Shown here piece after piece: positions 37,701 through 47,049 of a stretch of DNA of 64,000 bases (position 1 is the stretch's first letter; each line of letters opens with the position of its first letter). Made by a program: the position numbers and the translations under genes. Source of the stretch: Macrostomum hystrix (taxonomy: Eukaryota; Animalia; Platyhelminthes). Where the stretch lies: contig CATNEN010000005.1 of NCBI GenBank assembly GCA_950097015.1, positions 2,604,001 to 2,668,000 on the forward strand, written 5' to 3'. The notes beneath the pieces were generated by a model. The model ran no database searches and was not told the DNA's origin. It saw only the letters and a program-made list of their open reading frames with translations.

Positions 37701-40700
37701 TCTCATTGATTGAGAAAGCATGGATTGCTAATCTATTCTCATTGATTGAGTGAGCATGGATTGCTAATCTATTCTCATTGATTGAGAGAGCATGGATTGC
37801 TAATCTATTCTCATTGATTGAGAGAGCATGGATTGCTAATCTATTCTCATTAATTGAGTGAGCATGGATTGCTTATCTATTCTCATTGATTGAGTGAGCG
37901 TGGATTGCTAATCTATTCTCATTGATTGAGAGAGCATGGATTGCTAATCTATTCTCATTGATTGAGAAAGCATGGATTGCTAATCTATTCTCATTGATTG
38001 AGAAAGCATGGATTGCTAATCTATTCTCATTGATTGAGAAAGCATGGATTGCTAATCTATTCTCATTGATTGAGAGAGCATGGATTGCTAATCTATTCTC
38101 ATTGATTGAGAAAGCATGGATTGCTAATCTATTCTCATTGATTGAGAGAGCATGGATTGCTAATCTATTCTCATTAATTGAGTGAGCATGGATTGCTAAT
38201 CTATTCTCATTAATTGAGTGAGCATGGATTGCTAATCTATTCTCATTGATTGAGAGAGCATGGATTGCTAATCTATTCTCATTGATTGAGAAAGCATGGA
38301 TTGCTAATCTATTCTCATTGATTGAGTGAGCATGGATTGCTAATCTATTCTCATTGATTGAGTGAGCATGGATTGCTAATCTATTCTCATTGATTGAGAG
38401 AGCATGGATTGCTAATCTATTCTCATTGATTGAGAGAGCATGGATTGCTAATCTATTCTCATTGATTGAGAGAGCATGGATTGCTAATCTATTCTCATTA
38501 ATTGAGTGAGCATGGATTGCTAATCTATTCTCATTGATTGAGTGAGCATGGATTGCTAATCTATTCTTATTGATTGAGAGAGCATGGATTGCTAATCTAT
38601 TCTCATTGATTGAGAAAGCATGGATTGCTAATCTATTCTCATTGATTGAGAAAGCATGGATTGCTAATCTATTCTCATTGATTGAGTGAGCATGGATTGC
38701 TAATCTATTCTCATTGATTGAGAAAGCATGGATTGCTAATCTATTCTCATTGATTGAGTGAGCATGGATTGCTAATCTATTCTCATTGATTGAGAGAGCA
38801 TGGATTGTTAATCTATTCTCATTGATTGAGAGAGCATGGATTGTTAATCTATTCTCATTGATTGAGAGAGCATGGATTGCTAATCTATTCTCATTGATTG
38901 AGAAAGCATGGATTGCTAATCTATTCTCATTGATTGAGAGAGCATGGATTGCTAATCTATTCTCATTGATTGAGAGAGCATGGATTGCTAATCTATTCTC
39001 ATTGATTGAGAGAGCATGGATTGTTAATCTATTCTCATTGATTGAGAGAGCATGGATTGCTAATCTATTCTCATTGATTGAGAGAGCATGGATTGCTAAT
39101 CTATTCTCATTGATTGAGTGAGCATGGATTGCTAATCTATTCTCATTGATTCTCATTGATCTATAGACAATCTACGCTTGTTCGTTGGTATATCTATAGA
39201 CAGTCCACACTTATTGATCTATCGATAGTTTATCAAGTAAACAGGTATCTATGGATAGATAATCTAACCTGTCCTCGTCTTCCTCGGCAATCACAGAATA
39301 ATCCTGCAGGGATAATTTCGCCCTAGGCTCCAGGAAGATGTTGCTGGAATTGAACCGCCTGATGACAATAGATTTGGCATGCAGGTAACCCGCTGCCTGA
39401 GCCAGGTCTCGAATGATTGACAGGCGCTGACCGCTGCCAAGCTTCTCCTTGCGCACGTGAATTGTCTCGTACAGTGAGACGCCCTTTCTCAGACAAGTGA
39501 CAACAGCGAAGCTCGACGTAGAAGGGTCCATAGAAGCGCCCATGAATAGGAAAATGTTCTCGTGACGGATTAGACTCAGCTTAGCGATCTCCTCCCAGAA
39601 CCTGCTTCGCTCCTGCGAATCCAGGTTCTCGTAGGCGTGGATGGTCACCTCGCCGTGCCAGTGACCCCTGCAGCACGAATTTGGGATTTTTTATGGAACT
39701 ACTATATGTGTATAGGATTGGGATTTTGCTTAGGATTAGTGTTCTATGGGTACTCTAGATCTATGGGATATTTTAGGATTAGCCCTCTAAAGCTATGGGA
39801 TATTTTAGGATTAGCCCTCTTGATCCATGGGATATTTTAGAATTAGTCCTATAGATATTTAGGTTCTTTTTGTATTCGGGCTCGGGCTCTTTGATATTAG
39901 ACCACAAATTCTACTCTATGTCTGTGTTCACGAACGACTGTGGGAGACGGGATAAAAGGTAGCGACATTCAACGTCAGCTCAATGAGCGAACTCACTTGC
40001 AGACTCTTCGCCTCTTGCCGCGCAGAATGCACTCGCGATACTCGATGTCCTCGTGCGGTATGTTGAACTCGAACTCCTTCACCTCGAAACTGCTCGGGCA
40101 TCAAATGGGTGGGATTTCGGTAGAAAAAATGGCTCGACAGTTAATTAGTTCTTGGCATTTTTTATTTTGCTTCAGATTTTTCTTATTTGAGTTTTAAGTT
40201 TTGGGATTTAAGTTTTAAGTTTTGAGATTTGAGTTTTACGTTTTGGGATTTGAGTTTTAAGTTTTGGGATTTGAGTTTTAAGTTTTGGGATTTGAGTTTT
40301 AAGTTTTGGGATTTGAGTTTTAAGTTTTGGGATTTGAGTTTCAGTTTTGGGATTTGAGTTTTATGTTTTGGGATTTGAGTTTTAAGTTTTGGGATTTGAG
40401 TTTTAAGTTTTGGGATTTGAGTTTCAAGTTTTGGGATTTGAGTTTTAAGTTTTGGGATTTGAGTTTTAAGTTTTGGGATTTGAGTTTTAAGTTTTGGGAT
40501 TTGAGTTTTAAGTTTTGGGATTTGAGTTTTAAGTTTTGGGATTTGAGTTTTAAGTTTTAAGATTTGAGTTTTACGTTTTGGGATTTCAGTTTTAAGTTTT
40601 GGGATTTGAGTTTTAAGTTTTGGGATTTGAGTTTCAAGTTTTGGGATTTGAGTTTTAAGTTTTGGGATTTGAGTTTTAAGTTTTGGGATTTGAGTTTTAA

Positions 40701-43700
40701 GTTTTGGGATTTGAGTTTTAAGTTTTGGGATTTGAGTTTTAAGTTTTGGGATTTGAGTTTTAAGTTTTGGGATTTGAGTTTCTTTTTTGGGATTTAAGTT
40801 CCAGTTTTGGGATTCGAGTTTCTATTTTGCGATTTGATTTTTAAGTTCTGGTATTTTAGTTTCAGTTTTAAGGACTTGAGAGTCAGTTTTCTGGGATTAA
40901 ATATTTTTTGGGATTTCAGTTTCGGTTTAGGGATTTAGAATTTTAGTCGGTTCGGGAATAGAAGAAATGAAAGAAGTGTTTTCATTGAAACTGAGGGTGT
41001 GCCCGTAACTTCGATCTCTAGCCTATGAGCTCCCATATCTAGCCTTATCCCAATGGTCTCCAGGGCAGCTACTGTTAATGTGCATATCTCATACTTTTAT
41101 GAAGATTATGCCAGTTCGCTGTTGCTGTTTATTATTAGAAATATATGCTTCGACATGGGGCATTGTGTGACGTAAATGCACGTCCCACTGCTTAAGAACT
41201 GACTATCTCTCTGTCTGCCCGTTTCGCCCATAATTTTGTTATTTCTTAAACTTGTATAGAAGTTTTGTAAGCATATATTCAGTAATGCGCATTTACCCAA
41301 TAAGTTCTAATATTAACTGAGATCTTCCGATCAGAAATTTATGCCGAGATCAGAACGGAAAAGTTCATACTCTGATACCAGCGAATGAACTGTTCATAAG
41401 TTAACTAACTGCTACTGATCAAGTAATCTGGTTAAACAAGATTTGAAAATTGACTCAGCAAGTTGGATCTCCATTGTGACTAAATCATGGTGGTTGAAAA
41501 AAACTCAAGTGGGTGTTCGGAGTTAACAGTACAGGAAAATAAACTAAGGAAAAATGTACGAGCCTAGGAACAGCCAATGAGCAATTTGGAAAGAGGATAG
41601 GATATTGGGGAGAGGAGATGGGATATTGGGGAGAGGAGATGGGATATTGGGGAGAGGAGATGGGATATTGGGGAGAGGAGATGGAATATTGGGGAGAGGA
41701 GATGGGATATTGGGGAGAGGAGATGGGATATTGGGGAGAAGAGATGGGATATTGGGGAGAGGAGATGGGATATTGGGGAGAGGAGATGGGATATTGGGGA
41801 GAGGGGATGGGATATTGGGGAGAGGAGATGGGATATTGGGGAGAGGAGATGGGATATTGGGGAGAGGGGATGGGATATTGGGGAGAGGGGATAGGATATT
41901 TGGGAAAGGGGATAGGAAATTACGAAAAGGGTATGGGATATTGGGGAGAGGGATGAGGAATTTGGGAAATGGGAATTTAGCTCATAGAAAAAAATAATGA
42001 AATGGGATGGGAAGTTAGTGACAAATGGAAGACCAGTACAGACCGGATGGACTCCTTAGCATTCCGTCTCACTCTGTCCCATATCAAAATTCGCTTTGTT
42101 GAAAATTTCCGTCTATGATTTTTATTAAGGTTAAAGTGCTACGATTTTATTTAAATCCTTCTGGTGAGCCTCTCTTTGAAGAATTTTTACCAAAAGCACG
42201 TGACTGAACTCAGCCAATCATATTAAATGATGGGGTTAACATGGGGCTACTTTTAAAACATCTTGTCCGGTGGCACGTGACTGACCACAGCCAATCAGAT
42301 TAAATTATGGGGTTAACATGGGGCTATTTTTAGAATTTTTAGTCCGGTGGCACGCGACTGACCTCAGCCAATCATATTAAATGATGGTGTTAACATCTGG
42401 CTATTTTTACAACATGTTGTCCAGTAACCCTCAATTTGATCGATCCAAATGCAAAAAAGTCAATCACACACCTGCCACGACTGTTGCGCAAGACGCTGTC
42501 AATAACGTGAAAACAGTTGACACCGCTTAGTAGAAAGTCGTCCTCTTCTGAAAGCAGATTAAAAAGCTTATAAAAACTATATAGTGCTTGTTTGTAGAAC
42601 AATTGGAATCGTAGAATTGTAGAACAAGCCATCTCCTGTCGCTCAAGATCTCACAGCTTGCTCAGATCCAAGTCTTAAAATCTCATGCTTAGATCCAAGT
42701 CTCAAAATCTCATGCTCAGATCCAAGTCTCAAAATCTCATGCTCAGATCCAAGTCGTAAAATCTCATGCTTAGATCCAAGTCTTAAAATCGCATGCTTAG
42801 ATCCAAGTCTCAAAATCTCATGCTTAGATACAAGTCTCAAAATCTCATGCTTAGATCCAAGTCTCAAAATCTCATGCTTAGATTCAAGTCTCAAAATCTC
42901 ATGCTTAGATCCAAGTCTCAAAATCTCATGCTCAGATCAAAGTCTCAAAATCTCATGTCTAGATCCAAGTCTCTAAATCTCATGCTCAGATCCAAGTCTC
43001 AAAATCTCATGCTTAGATCCAAGTCTCAAAATCTCATGCTTAGATCCAAGTCTCAAAATCTCATTCTTAGATCCAAGTCTCAAAATCTCATTCTTAGATC
43101 CAAGTCTCAAAATCTCATGCTTAGATCCAAGTCTCAAAATCTCATTCTTAGATCCAAGTCTCAAAATCTCATGCTCAGATCAAAGTCTCAAAATCTCATG
43201 TCTAGATCCAAGTCTCTAAATCTCATGCTTAGATCCAAGTCTCAAAATCTCATGCTCAGATCCAAGTCTCAAAATCTCATGCTTAGATCCAAGTCTCAAA
43301 ATCTCATGTCTAGATCCAAGTCTCTAAATCTCATGCTCAGATCCAAGTCTCAAAATCTCATGCTTAGATCCAAGTCTCAAAATCTCATGCTTAGATCCAA
43401 GTCTCAAAATCTCATGCTTAGATCCAAGTCTCAAAATCTCATTCTTAGATCCAAGTCTCAAAATCTTATTCTTAGATCCAAGTCTCAAAATCTCATTCTT
43501 AGATCCAAGTCTCAAAATCTCATGCTTAGATCCAAGTCTCAAAATCTCATGCTTAGATCCAAGTCTCAAAATCTCATGCTCAGATCCAAGTCTCAAAATC
43601 TCATTCTTAGATCCAGGTCTTAAAATCTCATGCTCAGATCCAAGTCTTAAAATCTCATTCTTAGATCCAAGTCTCAAAATCTCATGCTCAGATCCAAGTC

Positions 43701-44232
43701 TCAAAATTTCATGCTCAGATCCAAGTCTCAAAATCTCATTCTTTCTGGCATCAGAGATTGCAAAAAGGAAGACTTCAAAAGCACGTCAAACTCAGGCGGC
43801 CGAGACACTCACCCAGAGCAAACAGTCTCTTGCCACTGGGTGGCCAGGTTGAGCACAGTAAATCTTTCTGTTGTCGGGCAGTTTGAGACTGCAGACTCTT
43901 GCTCTTAGCCGGCGGTTGAGTCAGCGTGCTTTGATGATCCAATGAGCTGCGCATCCTGCTCACCACCTGCCTGGGATTGTGCCGCTGCAGCAGGTCATAA
44001 TCTACCTGAACATCCCATTGCACTGTAGGCTGCTGCTGCAACTGGTGCTGCTGCCTTTGCTGCTGCTGCTGCTGCTGCTGCTGCAGGGAGTCTTCATCGT
44101 ATTGCTGATAGGTGCAGTACCTTTGGACATGTTGCTGCTGCTGCTGCTGACTAAGCTGATGGTTTGGTTGCTGCACCTGATAAGGCTGCTGTCGAGACTG
44201 CTGCTGCTGACAGAACGAATGCTGCGACTGTT

Positions 44233-44269
<37 letters not shown>

Positions 44270-46117
44270 ATATCCAAAATCAGACAGGCCGTCTTCGTTT
44301 CCGCCCCGGCAGCTGCTGCCAGAGACAAAGAAGTCGCCATTCGTTGACGCGGTGGAGACGGAGCAAGCAGACGAAGGGCTCAGGCTTGTGTAATAGTGCA
44401 GCAGGTAGTCGCTATCGATGCTGCTGTTCATGCTCATGACGTTGCGCGCGTGCATGAGATCCGAGCTGCTGCATTCCTGTGGAAATTGCGGACAGGCGAT
44501 GTTCAAATAGGAGGCGCTGTCTCCGCCGCCAAAGTCGGAGCCGCCTTCGAAAGCGTCGGTAGTTGACGAGGCGCCGTCGTTGTCGCCCGTGCCGCCGCCG
44601 CCGCCGTTGCCGCCACCAGATGCCGCTGCCACCGACGCTTTCGACTCCAGCAGCCATTTGGTAAAGAAGCCTTTAAGATTGGCCAGTATGTTCGGCGATC
44701 CGGACGACGACGAGGCGGCCGACGGAGCGGCGACGGCTGCCACAGCAGCCGCTTCCAGCGCCGATTTTCGCAGCTCCCGACGAAGTCGCGAAGCGGCCGA
44801 CGAGCCGCCGGACGATTTTCGACTCTTTCTCGACGAGGATGCTGTGGACGCGGACGATGATACCGACGATCGGACAGCGCCCACGCCCTGCGCCTCGGAT
44901 GCGGACGGGTAGAACGGCGTGGTTGCTACGGCGTTGCTATGCACGATGCAGTACTCAGACTCGTCGAACAGCTCGTGCTGCTGATAGTCTATGGCATTCT
45001 GCCGCACAGCTGGCTGATGCCGTCCGGAATGAGCGCGACTTCTTGGCCGCCGCTGCTGCTGCTGATGCTGCTGGGCTAGGGGCAGACTCGATGGAGGCGG
45101 CAGCGGTGGCGACGAGACAGCACGCGGTTTTCCAGCGAGAGCTCCGGAACTGTTGATTTTAACAACATCAATATCCTGACATCACACTGCAAAGTTCTGT
45201 CAGCACTATCCTGACATCACACTGCAAAGTTCTGTCAGCACTATCCTGACATCACACTAATAAGTTCTGTCAGCAACATCCTGACATCACACTGCAAAGT
45301 TCTGTCAGCACTATCCTGACATCACACTAATAAGTTCTGTCAGCAATATCCTGACATCACACTGCAAAGTTCTGTCAGCACTATCCTGACATCACACTGC
45401 AAAGTTCAATCAGCACTATCCTGACATCACACTAATAAGTTCTGTCAGCACTATCCTGACATCACACTGCAAAGTTCTGTCAGCAATATCCTGACATCAC
45501 ACTGCAAAGTTCCATCAGCAACATCCTGACATCACACTGCAAAGTTCTGTCAGCACTATCTTGACATCACACTAATAAGTTCTGTCAGCAATATCCTGAC
45601 ATCACACTGCAAAGTTCTGTCAACACTATCCTGACATCACACTAATAAGTTCTGTCAGCAATATCCTGACATCACACTAATAAGTTCTGTCAGCAATATC
45701 CTGACATCACACTGCAAAGTTCTGTCAACACTATCCTGACATCACACTGCAAAGTTCTGTCAACACTATCCTGACATCACACTGCAAAGTTCTGTCAGCA
45801 ATATCCTGACATCACGCTGCAAAGTTCTGTCAGCACTATCCTGACATCACACTAATAAGTTCTGTCAGCAATATCCTGACATCACACTAATAAGTTCTGT
45901 CAGCACTATCCTGACATCACACTGCAAAGTTCTGTCAGCACTATCCTGACATCACACTGCAAAGTTCAATCAGCAATATCCTGACATCACACTGCAAAGT
46001 TCTGTCAGCACTATCAATAAGTGACAAAGCTTTGCACCTAAAAGTAAATTTTACTCACCAACCAGACGACGCAGATTCCGTTAGCTTAGAACCATTGCCA
46101 AGTCCAATAGCTGACAT
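22708..46117 (-). CDS. ksr3: KSR/RAF-family pseudokinase (KSR3-like), 9 exons, 795 aa, with Ser/Gln-rich low-complexity N-terminus
   Basis: Exons 46059-46117, 43813-45149, 42472-42547, 39997-40089, 39269-39667, 24894-25025, 24673-24802, 22864-22944, 22708-22788 splice in frame (2388 nt). Kinase fold matches KSR: EFNIPHEDI, GHWHGEVTI, IRHENIFLFMGA, GYLHAKSIV, WYTPPEI, TDIFAF, CWNHDP..RPEF, and a C-terminal HSSSEPENLH resembling the RAF RSxSEPxLH 14-3-3 site. Family call is strong; the KSR3 subfamily and the first exon are less certain. Confidence 0.8.
23060..24560. repeat. Compound 16-bp / 70-bp minisatellite in kinase intron 7
   Basis: CACAGAAATCCCAGTT units interspersed with a 70-bp unit containing AGTGAACTAGTGTTCAGTGTCTAGTGTTATCCCACTGGGATT. 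Confidence 0.94.
26200..27387 (+). CDS. sgms: Sphingomyelin synthase family protein (SMS/SGMS-like, no SAM domain), intronless CDS nested in kinase intron 5
   Basis: Uninterrupted ORF from ATG 26200 with SMS motifs D1 PPLPD, D2 RRIFF..G.L...R.VTIFVT.LP, D3 CGDYIFSGHT and D4 HGHYTIDILLGY (catalytic H/H/D intact), several hydrophobic TM segments and a C-terminal LPYEFDLPWP. Candidate splice acceptor (tttgtcgtcacag) at 26151-26152. Confidence 0.92.
   Translation: MTANGAPASSTVPAATESSASMTALVSTEQHQNGCYKHNPDTVINFANGNCMSGKRACCQNGDDNRSTVISMPSACLHSFDASADESDDSLSSSQPVLSDFCRAFLSLLFMLGGMGLTAVSLIFVHERVPSSPPLPDVLLTRVTHVPWALDVCEYLLIVTIAATYSTAFLHRYRWIVLRRIFFMIGVLFAYRSVTIFVTALPSPSPTYYCEPKHNGGLGFDDIISRLLRLARGGGFSINGNHVYCGDYIFSGHTTILTLGYLVIQEYTSPRLTVLHWTSWVVSVTGVAFLVLSHGHYTIDILLGYWVTTRLWWMYHTAANFSGQRKHGYFRRACWWRAFLFFESGRRCQGPLPYEFDLPWPRIGASVAASVLYLARCWHSATELAVQVCRRIRQI
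27893..28975. repeat. 17-bp C-rich minisatellite
   Basis: Unit CACCCCGCCAAACCCCT, with higher-order blocks. Confidence 0.94.
30124..30195 (+). promoter_or_regulatory. Candidate Pol II core promoter (2x CCAAT + TATA), possibly LTR-derived
   Basis: CCAGCCAATG at 30124 and 30151, TATAAATA at 30188-30195, followed by a GC-rich ~250-bp stretch. No downstream gene identified. Confidence 0.35.
30690..30890. repeat. 27-bp minisatellite
   Basis: Unit GGGATTTCCTAAGGATTCCCCTTTCAT. Confidence 0.88.
31549..39145. repeat. 36-bp satellite, ~7.6 kb (~210 copies), in kinase intron 5
   Basis: Unit TTGATTGAGAGAGCATGGATTGCTAATCTATTCTCA with GAGA/GAAA/GTGA and TGAT/TAAT variants. It is the source of the 2019-aa and 427-aa repeat ORFs. 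Confidence 0.97.
40200..41900. repeat. Two separate 21-bp minisatellites in kinase intron 3
   Basis: TTTTGGGATTTGAGTTTTAAG (~40200-40790) and GGGATATTGGGGAGAGGAGAT (~41600-41900). Confidence 0.92.
42197..42427. repeat. 77-bp triple repeat with E-box and CCAAT motifs
   Basis: Units begin at 42197, 42274 and 42351, each CAC[G]YGAC..AGCCAATCA..GTTAACAT..GGCTA. Confidence 0.85.
42645..43740. repeat. 27-bp minisatellite filling kinase intron 2
   Basis: Unit TTAGATCCAAGTCTCAAAATCTCATGC, ~40 copies. Confidence 0.95.
45172..46014. repeat. 35-bp minisatellite filling kinase intron 1
   Basis: Unit ATCCTGACATCACACTGCAAAGTTCTGTCAGCACT, ~24 copies. Confidence 0.95.
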
Positions 46118-47049
46118 TCCTTTCAATCGCTGCTTAACAAATGTTATTAAAGCTTATAGTGACGCACAATGCCCAACTTATACTAGCGGTGATTGAGAAA
46201 TGTCACGAATCGGTGTCAAAAATACAGCGATCGATTTACTGATTCCAACTGACTCAAACTAGAAGCCGTGTGCCAAATCAGTGCAAACGGCTTAGCCAAA
46301 TTTGGGTCCCGATAGAAAATGCCGAAGTGAAAGTGATTCGATAATCTATATATCGGACATGTCTAAAATAACTTTTGCGTCAAATGGATATCGAGTGTAG
46401 GGGAAGAATACACTATGGCTAACACCGACTTTTCCTCAATACTTGATACAATATCGAAGCCAATCTCCCTATAGTAGAGACCAGAAGCGATTTTTTAGCT
46501 TTTAAGTGTACATTCTCTGTGAAAATGTGGCCCTTGAACACTTCTCATTGCCTACTGGGGAGTCCTTGCTTATATACTAATACAGACTTACAAGTCTGTT
46601 TGCGAAAGCAGAAAAAAAAGAAAAGAGACGAAATATACTATTGAGAATTATTGGGAACGAGAATAAAAAAATCGATATTTGAAAGCAATCTATTTTTAAC
46701 ACTGCCGAGAACAGCTAGAGCATATAGCCAAACGGGCCTAAATCTAAAATTAGCAGCCTCATAAAATTGTTCGAGACCATTTAGACTGCCCTGCTTTGGC
46801 AGCATGCGTGCCTGTGTTTGCGCTGGGAGGAAAATAAAGTCTCCGGACCGTTTTTGCCTAATGCTCTTTCAGGGCTTCTAGGCTTGGTATTTAGCTGTCA
46901 ACTTTACTGAGTACTTCACTAAAGCTGCCATTCATAACCTGCACTCTGTTTGCTTTTCTGCTAAGCTCATTTGCACTACTCTCACTTCCCTTACTTCTAC
47001 TGTGGACTATTATTATGGCACACAAGCATGCTTCATCGATCCAACTACT

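Noticed and set aside
31446-39156. 2019-aa and 427-aa ORFs (SINENRLAIHA repeats)
   Set aside because: Exact translation of a 36-bp satellite whose unit lacks a stop in one frame. It lies inside an intron whose flanking exons already join in phase into a continuous kinase domain.
43979-45156. Overlapping alternative-frame and antisense ORFs across kinase exon 2
   Set aside because: By-products of GC-rich trinucleotide-repeat coding sequence; only the 43813-45149 frame splices to its neighbours.
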